A stretch of DNA of 64,000 bases from a virus (Duplodnaviria; Heunggongvirae; Uroviricota; Caudoviricetes). Positions within the stretch are counted from its first letter, which is position 1. Every line of letters starts with the position of its first letter. Both the position numbers and the translations under genes were made by a program. Below are positions 1-9,486 of this stretch, one piece after another. The stretch lies in IMG/VR virus record IMGVR_UViG_3300050190_000017. One strand, given 5' to 3'. The notes under the pieces are model-generated. The model did not search any database. It saw nothing but the letters and a program-made list of their open reading frames with translations, and was not told the origin of the DNA.

Positions 1-2
1 GG

Positions 3-590
3 TTCATCAATCTCCCGGATGAGGATCTGGCGTACCTTCCCGAAGACAGCGAAGACTTCAACGCATACATGGAAGCTGTAGGGTGGGCACAAGACTACGC
101 CTTGTTGAATCGCAAGGTAATGATGTTGAGTGTTATATCTGCATTACAGCGGCACATACCAATCGAGTTCTCTGTAACCCAGGAAGCCATTAACACCCAC
201 CACAATTACGTCACGAAGGAGAACCACTTCGGGAAGAATCTGTGGATCACTCGTAAGGGCGCTATCTCCGCGAAGGAAGGTGAGCTAGGGATCATTCCTG
301 GATCGATGGGCCAGAAATCTTACATCGTTAAGGGTAAGGGAAACAAGCTGAGTTACTGCTCATGCTCGCATGGCGCGGGACGTTCGATGTCCAGGACGGA
401 AGCTCGTAGGCGTTTCACCGTTGCTGATCTGGTGAGGCAAACTGAGGGCGTGGAATGCTTGAAGGATGATTCTGTCCTCGATGAGATTCCAGCAGCCTAC
501 AAGAACATTGATACCGTGATCGAGAATTCAAAGGATCTGATAGACGTGGTACATGTGTTGAAGCAGGTAATGTGCGTCAAGGGTGCGTAG
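3..590 (+). CDS. rtcB: RNA-splicing ligase RtcB, C-terminal portion (gene begins upstream of window)
   Basis: Frame open from the window edge. The translation carries RtcB signature motifs HHNY, IPGSMG and CSCSHGAGR. Confidence 0.8.
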   Translation, partial: FINLPDEDLAYLPEDSEDFNAYMEAVGWAQDYALLNRKVMMLSVISALQRHIPIEFSVTQEAINTHHNYVTKENHFGKNLWITRKGAISAKEGELGIIPGSMGQKSYIVKGKGNKLSYCSCSHGAGRSMSRTEARRRFTVADLVRQTEGVECLKDDSVLDEIPAAYKNIDTVIENSKDLIDVVHVLKQVMCVKGA

Positions 591-659
591 GTAGTTTGCA
601 CAAAAAAATTTAGGCAAACCCAGGTGTCGTGAAAATACAACAAAATAATTGAAAATAAT

Positions 660-688
660 TTGCACAGACTGGGAAAACGTGTTACAAT
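660..688 (+). promoter_or_regulatory. sigma70-like promoter (TTGCAC-N17-TACAAT with TGn) inside conserved box CGTGTTACAATAGGGTGTAG
   Basis: -35 at 660-665 and -10 at 683-688, read directly. The box plus a downstream leader recur at 15210-15286. Confidence 0.5.
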
Positions 689-697
689 AGGGTGTAG

Positions 698-961
698 GTG
701 AAGGATAGAAAATCCCAACGAAAAGGAAATCAAATGAAAGTAAGCACTTCCCATCTCAAGAAAGTCACTGTTGACTATCGCTTCCCGGAATTCACGGTGG
801 GAACCCAGGTGGCATTGAAATCGAAACCTGAAAAGCGCATCGGGGTTGTAGGCCGAGTGCTGACCGATGACTATATGGTTTTGCTTTCACTCGATATGGA
901 CTTTGGCCCTGAGCATAGATGTGCCCTCGCCGAATTCCTCGTACCCTTCGTAACCCAGTAA
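698..961 (+). CDS. hypothetical protein (87 aa)
   Basis: ORF track. It follows the promoter and an A-rich leader; GGAAA upstream of the ATG. Confidence 0.55.
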   Translation: MKDRKSQRKGNQMKVSTSHLKKVTVDYRFPEFTVGTQVALKSKPEKRIGVVGRVLTDDYMVLLSLDMDFGPEHRCALAEFLVPFVTQ

Positions 962-1010
962 TTCTGATACGGGGCTTCGGCCCCTAACCTAACGAAAAAG
1001 GAAACAGAAC

Positions 1011-1391
1011 ATGCAGAAATTCAAACAGGCAATCCCACTACGGGAGCAGACACCCGGTTTTGAGACTGACGTAGTAGGCCGTGCCTTTATGTTCGCACGG
1101 GACGCAGGTTTAAATCCGGTCACCGCCTGGCTTCAGTTTGAGTCGAATGCAGCGCGGACGATGGTCTCTGTTGTCGTAGATTGCAGTCAGAAGAAAGCTA
1201 TAAAGCGCCTCTTAAAAATCCCTAAGCAGAAAGCGACCGAGAAGCTGTGGAGTAAGGCACTACCCTTCGTACAATCCGATATTGAAGACATTGGTGTAAC
1301 TATTACGTTCGGTCTCACGCACTCAGCGCTCGTCATTAAACGCAACCCTAAAGAATCAGTAGTTATCTTCCGGACATTCTGTCACGCGTAA
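1011..1391 (+). CDS. hypothetical protein (126 aa)
   Basis: ORF track. Co-directional, with an AAAGGAAAC SD-like sequence upstream. Confidence 0.55.
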   Translation: MQKFKQAIPLREQTPGFETDVVGRAFMFARDAGLNPVTAWLQFESNAARTMVSVVVDCSQKKAIKRLLKIPKQKATEKLWSKALPFVQSDIEDIGVTITFGLTHSALVIKRNPKESVVIFRTFCHA

Positions 1392-1458
1392 CTTGTCTCA
1401 CAGGGCTTTAGCGGGGCTCCCTTGCCAAACGTCCCGCGCACTTCTAGGAATTATCATC

Positions 1459-2535
1459 ATGGCATCGAAGAAAGCACAAGCAGCAACAAAGAACACGCAA
1501 GCGAAGATCGCAAAGAACCAAGAGCAAGTGAAGGCCTTTGCATTCCCGACCACCAAGTCTATCAATCAGAAGATTGCCAACAGTGTCAAAACGAGCTGGG
1601 AAGATCCTGCAACCCGTGCAGCCCGCACCAAACGTGATGGCGTGCGAGTCACGGTTAACGGATGCACCACGGAACACACGTCACTTCGCAAGGCATTCAC
1701 CTCCCACAAGTTGCCGGATCGGCAGCACCAAGACTTTCGACGCTCGTTGAAGAAAGCAGGGAACGCAAACTTCTACCATGAGGGTTGGGCCTACACGTTT
1801 GAGATTATCGATCTCAACAAGGTCGAGGCTCCCACAGAAGTGAAAGTAGTTGAGCCCAAATTCAAAGTCGGTGACGCAGTGCGCTTGGTTATAAACCGCA
1901 AGTTTCTGGGTACGATATTTTTTATCGACGATATGAGTAACACTGCGGCGGTAGCAGTTGATCCAGAGGCAGACGATGGCGAGGAGTGGGATCTTGATGA
2001 GCTCGAGCTGGTCCCGGCACAGATCGAAGCCGAGAAGCCAGTCTTCGATAAGATCGAACCCGCCCCTGTGTTCTCGATCGGTACGAACGTCGCACACGTT
2101 GATGTTCCTGACACACTGCTCGGTAATGTGGTAAGGATTCAGAAGCACCCTGATGGAGATGATCTTGCGACTGTCTCGCTGGTCGCAGTAGGTGGTATGG
2201 CAGTCTTTAATGCTTCTAACCTGGTAGAGTTCACGGAGGTCGTCGAGACTAAGCGTGAGCCAGTTCGTTTCGACTCACTCCCTTTGCTGTGTGGCTTCTA
2301 CATGGAAGAGGCCAAGTTGAATCGTGCGACTCTTGAATATCCTCGTCCGGTGAGTTACGTAAAAGTCGGCAACACTTCGGCCATCGCAGTTCCGGTAGCC
2401 TTTGACGACTACCCACAGCGCGAAATTCGCGACCCGTTTATATATCTAGCACACGCAACAACTATAGACCTAAGTGTCAAATGTCGTTTCAAGAAGTCCA
2501 CGAAGGTATTCCCGATTTACCCGATTACCAAGTAA
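1459..2535 (+). CDS. hypothetical protein (about 358 aa, Lys-rich N-terminus)
   Basis: ORF track frame 1393-2535. First ATG is at 1459; 1393 is TTG. Start uncertain. Confidence 0.5.
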   Translation: MASKKAQAATKNTQAKIAKNQEQVKAFAFPTTKSINQKIANSVKTSWEDPATRAARTKRDGVRVTVNGCTTEHTSLRKAFTSHKLPDRQHQDFRRSLKKAGNANFYHEGWAYTFEIIDLNKVEAPTEVKVVEPKFKVGDAVRLVINRKFLGTIFFIDDMSNTAAVAVDPEADDGEEWDLDELELVPAQIEAEKPVFDKIEPAPVFSIGTNVAHVDVPDTLLGNVVRIQKHPDGDDLATVSLVAVGGMAVFNASNLVEFTEVVETKREPVRFDSLPLLCGFYMEEAKLNRATLEYPRPVSYVKVGNTSAIAVPVAFDDYPQREIRDPFIYLAHATTIDLSVKCRFKKSTKVFPIYPITK

Positions 2536-2607
2536 TTCCCTGGTTGGGAGTTTTAACCAACTCCCAATTTAACTATTCAAAATGTAGTAAAGTTTTTCGC
2601 AAACTGT

Positions 2608-2615
2608 TGTAAATA
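2608..2615 (+). promoter_or_regulatory. TGTAAATA box (copy 1 of 16)
   Basis: Intergenic, upstream of gene 2713. Confidence 0.4.
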
Positions 2616-2712
2616 TACAATGTAGTAATTTGTATTTCACAAACATAAAAAGTGTGATACAATTAACCTGTAGTCTTAACCCTCCCAAACTGAAACAAAG
2701 GAAACACATAAA

Positions 2713-3189
2713 ATGGCAACCGCACAAATCTCCCAAGCCAAACAAATCGCAACCGCATTGAAGGCCGCAGCAAAGATGATCGCAACTGGCGACCGCACGA
2801 TTGCACGATTGACGACGCAACTGGAGCGCGCACAAGCTCGCATTGAAGCCGCAAAGGAAGCGAAGGCAGCAGGGAAGGTCGCTAAGGCACCTCGCACGCA
2901 GAAAGCAAAGGCCGGCGCTACCGCCAAGGCAGTGAAGGCAACGAAGGGTCCGAAAGCGAAGGCCGCAGCAGCCGACGAAGCACCGGCCAAAACGAAGAAG
3001 GTTGTAGGCAAGGTCGCAAAGGCTGGTAAGGTTGTGGCGAAAGCAGCCAAGGCTGGCAAGGCACCGGTCAAGGCAGCAACCGCCAAAGGCCCGAAAGCAA
3101 AACCGGCTGCTAAGGCAGGTAAAGCGAAGGTTGCAGCAAAGCCGGTGAAGAAGGCAAAGGCTGGCAATGACGACTTCCTGATTCCGTAA
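2713..3189 (+). CDS. histone H1-like Lys/Ala-rich DNA-binding protein
   Basis: Translation is dominated by AKAK/KAAK repeats, as in bacterial H1-like/AlgP-type proteins. N-terminal helical segment. Confidence 0.5.
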   Translation: MATAQISQAKQIATALKAAAKMIATGDRTIARLTTQLERAQARIEAAKEAKAAGKVAKAPRTQKAKAGATAKAVKATKGPKAKAAAADEAPAKTKKVVGKVAKAGKVVAKAAKAGKAPVKAATAKGPKAKPAAKAGKAKVAAKPVKKAKAGNDDFLIP

Positions 3190-3225
3190 TCCAGAAGTAA
3201 CAGTCAAATCGTAGTTTAGTTAAAA

Positions 3226-3278
3226 GGGAACAGCGTATTCTAGTCTCACTAGTTTGCTCTGTTCCCTTTTGTCGTTTT
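3226..3278 (+). terminator. rho-independent terminator
   Basis: GGGAACAG...CTGTTCCC stem followed by TTTTGTCGTTTT. Confidence 0.5.
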
Positions 3279-3357
3279 GCGCTCTAGAAGTTAGAAGTTA
3301 GAGGCTTGTTCTCGGATAATCCTCTACCTTTTATCAAGTTACCAAGTAGGAGCAGTC

Positions 3358-4380
3358 ATGAAGAACCCCATGCGTATCGTAGACTCAAACTTTGACCGGC
3401 TTCAAGCACGCAAGGGCACGGCCACCAAGAACAACTCACAGATGGAAAAGATTACGGCCATGTTGCAGATCGGGAGTAAGGCTGGCCCGGACGACGCACA
3501 GATTCTGCTCAAGGCCGAGAATCGTGTTACTGCATTGAAGGAGTTACGCATATCGTTAGCTAAGGCGACCACTGCAGTCTCCCGTCTGTATGTTGTGGAG
3601 AAGCCACAGCAATTGAAGAAGCTGACCGCTGCATTGAAAACGATTCAGACTATTGCACAAAGCAAGCCACCCGTCGGAGTGTCGAAGCATCTGAAGGCAG
3701 CAATGAATGAACTCACGAGTTTGCGTGAGGGTGTGTACGTAGGAGCCGCAACATCGCAGAAGGCGCTGTCCATCGTCAGTTGCACGGATGCCCTGACGCA
3801 CGTAGATGAATTGATTGTGAAGGCCACCGCAAGCTATGAAGCGAAGAAGGTAACGGCAGGGCCAGACGATGCACTGTGGACTGAGGAAATCACAAAGGTT
3901 ATCCAGCAGACTGCAGAGGAGTCAAAGAAGCTCGCGTCACTGAAAGACAAAGACTTCGTGGTGTCACGTATGCCTGTTATCCCTCTCGCCAAAGCATCGA
4001 ACAAAGCAGCAACCGGATTCCTCTCTGTGCAAGCGCTGCAACGTGCGGGATTGAAAGCAGAGTCCTTGGGTGGTTATCCCGTGTTGCACAATCAATTGGT
4101 GATCGGTATTAACCCCAAGGCAGTTGGGCTAACCGAAAAGCAGAAGGCTGAGGGCAAATCGATCCCGCGTGAGAAGTGGTTGGAAGTCGCAGACTCGATT
4201 CGCAAACTTGTGCAAAAGCAAACCAAGCAGAAGTATCAATTCGTGGATGAGCGCGCATACGGCGCAGCCGGTGGTGCATGGTTCTGGTTGATGCCTGAAC
4301 GTGAACTCGATCTATTTGCCTCGGCGTTCCCGGGCAAGGCAGTGACATTACTTAACTGGGGATTTGCGAGTGGCGGTTAA
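3358..4380 (+). CDS. hypothetical protein (340 aa)
   Basis: ORF track; AGGAG SD upstream. Confidence 0.6.
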   Translation: MKNPMRIVDSNFDRLQARKGTATKNNSQMEKITAMLQIGSKAGPDDAQILLKAENRVTALKELRISLAKATTAVSRLYVVEKPQQLKKLTAALKTIQTIAQSKPPVGVSKHLKAAMNELTSLREGVYVGAATSQKALSIVSCTDALTHVDELIVKATASYEAKKVTAGPDDALWTEEITKVIQQTAEESKKLASLKDKDFVVSRMPVIPLAKASNKAATGFLSVQALQRAGLKAESLGGYPVLHNQLVIGINPKAVGLTEKQKAEGKSIPREKWLEVADSIRKLVQKQTKQKYQFVDERAYGAAGGAWFWLMPERELDLFASAFPGKAVTLLNWGFASGG

Positions 4381-4381
4381 C

Positions 4382-4687
4382 ATGGAATTTACTAAGAAAG
4401 AACCCACGCCAGAAGAGGCATTATCCCGGTATCTCCAGCAGTATGGATACCCGTACACCTGTCGTATCTTCGGTAGGTGCAAGAATGAATTCAGGGCAGG
4501 CTTTCTAGCAGGGTATAGCTGTGCGTCTAAGCTTAGTTCCTCGGGTCTAGTAGAGCTGTACGCAGAATACGCAGACTCGCTTACAAAGAAACTAGAAGCA
4601 CCATTCGCTAACAGACAAGGATTTGAATCAGGTATCTTGTACGGTGCAATTCGCCACTACAAACTTACTATGGTTAGTAGACTCTAG
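4382..4687 (+). CDS. hypothetical protein (101 aa)
   Basis: ORF track frame 4364-4687. The ATG at 4382 directly follows the upstream stop. Confidence 0.5.
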   Translation: MEFTKKEPTPEEALSRYLQQYGYPYTCRIFGRCKNEFRAGFLAGYSCASKLSSSGLVELYAEYADSLTKKLEAPFANRQGFESGILYGAIRHYKLTMVSRL

Positions 4688-4695
4688 GAGTAGTA

Positions 4696-5196
4696 ATGCT
4701 AGTTAATCAATTGCTTGTGTTGCCGGATGAAGGGACACTGAATTACCTCCGGCAGATATTCAGCGCGTGTCCCTTCGAGCTTGATCTTAGTCAGGCGTAC
4801 GTGGAAGTCAACAGTTCGCTAGGTAACATGCAGGCCGAAGCTTCAAACGTGTACATTGCAGAAGCTGGTTCGATGAACATCTGGTATGACTCGTCTACCC
4901 AGTCATCGTCCCTACTACTTCCCTTAGTTAGTTCGGAATTGAGTAAGCGGTGTCAGGTGGTACGGGAGAATGCCCCGTCACTGTTCTACGGTGATTACTA
5001 CCACCCCTTCTTAGTATTGAAGCGATACATGCCACCGAAGGCTAAACACTTCCGAGGCTTTCTTAACAGTGTGTCGGATGTGTTGTACGCCAATCGAATG
5101 CCTCTAGTGTTCGACGCTGAGTTCGTAATGTCTCAGAATTTTGAATACGTACCCGACACTGATTTCTACGTGTCCCAAATGGCAACCCTTGTTTAA
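4696..5196 (+). CDS. hypothetical protein (166 aa)
   Basis: ORF track; GGAG upstream. Confidence 0.55.
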   Translation: MLVNQLLVLPDEGTLNYLRQIFSACPFELDLSQAYVEVNSSLGNMQAEASNVYIAEAGSMNIWYDSSTQSSSLLLPLVSSELSKRCQVVRENAPSLFYGDYYHPFLVLKRYMPPKAKHFRGFLNSVSDVLYANRMPLVFDAEFVMSQNFEYVPDTDFYVSQMATLV

Positions 5197-5204
5197 GTTA
5201 AGGA

Positions 5205-5474
5205 ATGAACATGAATAAAGAGTGGGCAACCCCTTGGGGTTCGGGTAAGGTCGAACAGCATGAAGCCAAGAAGGACGCCAAGCCTATCGTGTATCTGTTC
5301 GTAAACGGTGCAGCTATCGGCGTCAGCGCGTACCCTAGCGATCACGAAGATGCAGATAAGTACACGATGGAGGTTCAAGAATTCTTGGGTGGTCGCAAAA
5401 CCACCGCTGACATCTCAATCACGGTTCTCCGCAACATCTTGGCGCAAGCCGGTGTGCATGTAGTAATGGAATGA
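5205..5474 (+). CDS. hypothetical protein (89 aa)
   Basis: ORF track; AAGGA SD. Confidence 0.55.
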   Translation: MNMNKEWATPWGSGKVEQHEAKKDAKPIVYLFVNGAAIGVSAYPSDHEDADKYTMEVQEFLGGRKTTADISITVLRNILAQAGVHVVME

Positions 5475-5517
5475 TACACAGCGGCACTGAAACCGTTTTC
5501 TAGCTGGACAATTCCAA

Positions 5518-5973
5518 ATGGAAAGTATCACATTGCCGTATTGCTGGGTCTGCGAGAGACGCTTCGTAGATTCAGTTCCTCCTGGCCCCTGCCTCCGAGA
5601 GGAACACCACATAATCCCGAGGAAGGCGGGTGGTACAGATGGGCCGTTAGTGAGCCTGTGCGACTCCCATCATGCGAAGCTGCATAAGATTGCAAATCGG
5701 CTTTCTTCAAAGAAGCCGTACTTTGATTTACTAGCAGGAGAGTCTAGTGAGCACACTAAGAAGTTGCTCTGGTTAGCGACCCGCGTGTTCAATGCCTTCG
5801 AGTTAGTAAAGGGAGATCCGAATAAGACTACCTCGGTGCTCCTAACACTAGACCGAGAACTACAAAGCAAGCTGGATTACCTGAAAAAGATCTACCCACA
5901 ACTTAAGAGCAGAGAAGCGATTGTGAGCTTCGCTATCGATACCCTCTACAACAAACACTGTTCCCAGGAGTAA
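5518..5973 (+). CDS. HNH homing endonuclease
   Basis: CWVCERRF...EEHHIIPRKAGG...LCDSHHAKLH matches the Cys/His HNH motif. Confidence 0.7.
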   Translation: MESITLPYCWVCERRFVDSVPPGPCLREEHHIIPRKAGGTDGPLVSLCDSHHAKLHKIANRLSSKKPYFDLLAGESSEHTKKLLWLATRVFNAFELVKGDPNKTTSVLLTLDRELQSKLDYLKKIYPQLKSREAIVSFAIDTLYNKHCSQE

Positions 5974-5977
5974 CACA

Positions 5978-6304
5978 ATGACTGAAATCAATAACACCCA
6001 CCAGCCGAAACTCAACGACGTAGTTGCCATTCACCTTACTAATGGTAGTACCGTACTGGGGCGCCTAGTAGTAAACGATATGCTGTATGCAACCCTCAAG
6101 AAGCCAATGTCATTGATTGTTCAAGGCACGGGTCAACAAGGTCAACTGTCAATCTCGATGATGCCTTACCTAACGCTCGGTGTATTCCCTGCACTAGACG
6201 AGATCGACTTTGACACGGAGATGTACATTCTCATGCGTCCGGTACCCAAGCAGCTGGAAGACATCTACCTCGAGAACACCTCAGGCATTGCAATCGTTCG
6301 CTAA
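5978..6304 (+). CDS. hypothetical protein (108 aa)
   Basis: ORF track. Confidence 0.55.
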   Translation: MTEINNTHQPKLNDVVAIHLTNGSTVLGRLVVNDMLYATLKKPMSLIVQGTGQQGQLSISMMPYLTLGVFPALDEIDFDTEMYILMRPVPKQLEDIYLENTSGIAIVR

Positions 6305-6319
6305 CCACTAGGGGCCTGA

Positions 6320-6601
6320 ATGACGATCATTGATACGACCGAACCCAAGAGTAGTTGGAATTATCGCGTAGTGGAGAGCACTGCCTTAGTTGGGGGCGAG
6401 AAAGAGACTTGGAGAGCAGTACACGAAGTCTCTTACTATAATGATGTTCCACAGTCGTACAGTACGCGCCCGGCCACTATTGTGTGGGACGTAGATGCAG
6501 GGGATGACGGTGCTAAAAGAGTTCTGCATAGAATGCTCGAAGCACTAGACAAGCCGATCCTGCTCGCAAAGGATTTTACAGATACCAGGGAGGTCTTATG
6601 A
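6320..6601 (+). CDS. hypothetical protein (93 aa)
   Basis: ORF track. Confidence 0.55.
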   Translation: MTIIDTTEPKSSWNYRVVESTALVGGEKETWRAVHEVSYYNDVPQSYSTRPATIVWDVDAGDDGAKRVLHRMLEALDKPILLAKDFTDTREVL

Positions 6602-6762
6602 TTATCAGTACTGAAGAAGAGTACAGGCAGGCCACAGCTAAGGGCAACGCTATTGTGGACACGGACGAGGATCCCTGGGTGAATCCTGAGTTCATCGAGA
6701 TCACTGATGCTATGATGGCCTGGGAAGCTATTCACTACCCAGAAGGCGAGATCACTGAATAA
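6598..6762 (+). CDS. hypothetical small protein (54 aa)
   Basis: The ATG overlaps the upstream stop (ATGA). Open to the TAA at 6760-6762. Below the track length cutoff. Confidence 0.4.
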   Translation: MIISTEEEYRQATAKGNAIVDTDEDPWVNPEFIEITDAMMAWEAIHYPEGEITE

Positions 6763-6792
6763 TTCTGTGCAATACCCCGAAAAGTGGGGGTA

Positions 6793-6822
6793 TTGACATG
6801 ACCCCCATTTTCATGCGATAAT
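6793..6822 (+). promoter_or_regulatory. sigma70-like promoter TTGACA-N18-GATAAT
   Basis: Read directly. Preceded by a CCCC/GGGG hairpin and followed by AAGGTGT as in the other early box. Confidence 0.5.
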
Positions 6823-6923
6823 AAGGTGTCGGCACAACGGAGAACCTAGCGTGAACGGACTCACGCTACTGACGGAATAACGAAATTTCCATCAACTAGA
6901 ATTATAGAAAACCCTATCCCAAT

Positions 6924-7601
6924 ATGTTGAAAAAGAACGTGCTCGGCACAGCTAGTGCTAAATCTTTGGATGAGGCGTTTCGCTGTGGCGAGTGCCTCCA
7001 TTTCCGTCATCATGCTCATTCAACCCGAGAGGCAGTTTGTTCAGCGGAAGGAGTACGAGCAGTTGGTTTAGCACCAAAGTGCTTCACACCTGACATCACG
7101 GCATTGGCAACGAACACCGATCAGTTTGTTCAAATCGCAGCACTGTTCCAAAGCACGACGCACAAGCAGCGTCGAATTCTCTTAGGCATGTTTCGTGGTC
7201 AGAAGAAAAAGAAGTTTCCGATTGGCACCAAGTTGTTCTTCCGTGTTGGTCGCGATTACATCTCGAATTACTTGGCAGCGTATTCAGCAGGGTATACCAG
7301 CAGTGGTGAGCTGATGTTGATTGGTTCACCCAGTATGAAAACCAGGGGATCACGGTTCACATCGTTTCTCACTTCCAGTGAAGACCTTATGGTGTTCTCG
7401 GAGTGGAAGAAAAAGAAAGCAGAGCTGACTGAGGCTGGATTGATATTCGATCCACAGAACAAGATTATCAAGAAGGCATCGGTCGTCGATAACTATGAAC
7501 CACCGAGCATCGACTCAGTCCCCTCTGACTGGTACAACAAAGAAGAAAAGAAGACGCGGCGCAAGACTGATCCGCTTGAGTTCACTATCAAGGGGAGGTA
7601 A
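6924..7601 (+). CDS. hypothetical protein (225 aa; Cys/His-rich N-terminus, Lys-rich C-terminus)
   Basis: ORF track. Confidence 0.6.
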   Translation: MLKKNVLGTASAKSLDEAFRCGECLHFRHHAHSTREAVCSAEGVRAVGLAPKCFTPDITALATNTDQFVQIAALFQSTTHKQRRILLGMFRGQKKKKFPIGTKLFFRVGRDYISNYLAAYSAGYTSSGELMLIGSPSMKTRGSRFTSFLTSSEDLMVFSEWKKKKAELTEAGLIFDPQNKIIKKASVVDNYEPPSIDSVPSDWYNKEEKKTRRKTDPLEFTIKGR

Positions 7602-7604
7602 GCC

Positions 7605-8564
7605 ATGACTTCACTGTCGAAACTTTGGAACCTAGATCAGAAGACTGTGCTCAAGGTAGGCGGTGCAGTATTCGCCTACCTGTTTCACCGTATCACTCAG
7701 ATCCAACTCGTTCACTTCATCGACGACCGTGAGATTTCAGATAAGGTGTTGCACTCCATTCGCAAGGATGGTTACGTTCTCAAGAACTGCAAGACGTATG
7801 CGTGGGCTGTGCATAAAGCACGGCACTACAACACAGAGGCACCGAAGTATAAAGCGTATGGCATCGCCTCCTCCGATTATCGTTTGCTATCGAAGCTGAA
7901 CCTGAAGCACCTGAGTATCAAGTTTGACGCGTGGACCCCTGACGACCTGGACGCAATCGTTGGTGACACGTTGAACTGCCAGGCAATGTCTCAGTACATT
8001 GGTAAATACATTTCAAAGTGTTTGCTGTTCCTGATTCGGTCCTATGGCATTGAACGGTCGCTTCTGGAAACAGAGATGACCACGTGGGCGATGCGAGCCA
8101 TCTATGTAACGTATCCTCGTTTTGAATCGCTGCTTCACGTAACCAACGTAGCGAAGTCTGCGATTCACAACTGCGGGCAGAATCAGATTCAGTATTACAC
8201 GGCACCGTCTCGCAATAGATTGCAAAAGACGGCAGAGGGATTGTTTGAAGCTCGCCATGTTGCATACGACACACTGGCACACGTAGCGGTTGACGATGAA
8301 CCGCAGCGTGACCTCAAAGACAAGTTGGAGACCTTGGTATCCCTGGCAGAGAAGAAGGGTATGCGTGAGGACGTTCAACGATTTTTAATGTGTTGTGCAG
8401 GGCACCACGACGAAGGGTTTTCGGATTACTTAGAGGTCGATAACTCAAGTTTGATAGAGGAGATTTCCTATCCACGATACTTACGCAAGGCTTCAAAATA
8501 CTTTAGCTTTACTGAGACGCAAGTTCAAAACCTGTTCGAGAAGCTCCGCACAGAGTTAGTATAA
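7605..8564 (+). CDS. hypothetical protein (319 aa)
   Basis: ORF track; GGGAGG SD. Confidence 0.6.
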   Translation: MTSLSKLWNLDQKTVLKVGGAVFAYLFHRITQIQLVHFIDDREISDKVLHSIRKDGYVLKNCKTYAWAVHKARHYNTEAPKYKAYGIASSDYRLLSKLNLKHLSIKFDAWTPDDLDAIVGDTLNCQAMSQYIGKYISKCLLFLIRSYGIERSLLETEMTTWAMRAIYVTYPRFESLLHVTNVAKSAIHNCGQNQIQYYTAPSRNRLQKTAEGLFEARHVAYDTLAHVAVDDEPQRDLKDKLETLVSLAEKKGMREDVQRFLMCCAGHHDEGFSDYLEVDNSSLIEEISYPRYLRKASKYFSFTETQVQNLFEKLRTELV

Positions 8565-8622
8565 AAAAACAGAACTGTAGGTCATCGGTACAAGCCCTTC
8601 CCAGTAACACAGGAGGATCGCT

Positions 8623-8940
8623 ATGTATGCCGCTATTGAGGGTGTTGATATTGTTAGTGTATTGAGAGAACGACAAGCACTGTTCGCTGCCCAGGTTGAT
8701 CTCACACTTGAGCAGTACCTTAAGATTGTACGTGCTTGTAATACCGATGAAGCAATAACAGTTCTGGAACTCTTGCGGGTTTCAACATTCAAGTCTCAAA
8801 GTAGAGCGCACTGTGCGCGTAAGGTTAGGGAGTGGGTGGGCAACGAGAGCGCTATAGGAAAGCCGTTAAACATCTGGGAGTTTGAAAGATGTAGGCCGAC
8901 CTGGAAGATCCGCTATTCACTCCCTACTGTTCATTACTGA
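8623..8940 (+). CDS. hypothetical protein (105 aa)
   Basis: ORF track; AGGAGG SD. Confidence 0.55.
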   Translation: MYAAIEGVDIVSVLRERQALFAAQVDLTLEQYLKIVRACNTDEAITVLELLRVSTFKSQSRAHCARKVREWVGNESAIGKPLNIWEFERCRPTWKIRYSLPTVHY

Positions 8941-8975
8941 GGAGCTTCGGCTCTTCGGATTCTGAGGAGTCGAAA

Positions 8976-9287
8976 ATGGAGCAGCATGTATACTATGTGG
9001 TGATGGTAACGCCAGTACGCACCCAGCACTTCACGTTGAGGTTTGACTCGAACCCAACGGTGAAGGAAGTGCTGTATGAATTATCTACTCAACCGCACAC
9101 CCCTGAGACACTTGCACTCACTGTAAATAGTATGCGGATGCTTCATGCAAGTGGGCAGGAGCACGAGTTATTCAACGAGAGTTCAACCTTCGAGTATAAG
9201 ATTGAGAAGTCGTGGCTGCGTATTGTGTGCCCTCTCCACGTATGTCCAATCACCGCAAACTATGAACAAACCAAAGTATCGAATTAA
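8976..9287 (+). CDS. hypothetical protein (103 aa)
   Basis: ORF track; GAGGAG SD. Confidence 0.55.
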   Translation: MEQHVYYVVMVTPVRTQHFTLRFDSNPTVKEVLYELSTQPHTPETLALTVNSMRMLHASGQEHELFNESSTFEYKIEKSWLRIVCPLHVCPITANYEQTKVSN

Positions 9288-9483
9288 GCGTAGAGCAGAC
9301 GGGTATCATGTAGTACAGCGACGCGAGTTCTTCTTCTGGTGTACCTGCAGTAAACCGTTCTTCTATAGGGGTGACGCTGAAGATCACGTCAAACACCAAG
9401 TAGCTAGGGATCAGCAAGCAAAGATAAAGTGGGATACCCGCGGCATAGTCGCCACCTACGATGAAAACGGAAACCTACTGTAA
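9262..9483 (+). CDS. hypothetical protein (73 aa)
   Basis: Internal ATG of track ORF 9145-9483. The stop lies inside a CTGTAAATAA box. Confidence 0.45.
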   Translation: MNKPKYRIKRRADGYHVVQRREFFFWCTCSKPFFYRGDAEDHVKHQVARDQQAKIKWDTRGIVATYDENGNLL

Positions 9484-9486
9484 ATA
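9479..9486 (+). promoter_or_regulatory. TGTAAATA box
   Basis: Overlaps the stop codon of gene 9262. Confidence 0.4.

Noticed and set aside
2569-3207. Long minus-strand ORFs (2569-3207 and 2676-3167) opposite the H1-like gene
   Set aside because: They are shadow frames of a low-complexity GC-rich repeat region. All supported genes are on the + strand, and the + ORF has an SD and sits between a promoter-like region and a terminator.
9479-9486. Calling TGTAAATA a bona fide T4-type late promoter
   Set aside because: It is one base off the T4 consensus TATAAATA, and no gp55-like sigma factor is visible in this window. It is therefore reported only as a conserved putative regulatory word.
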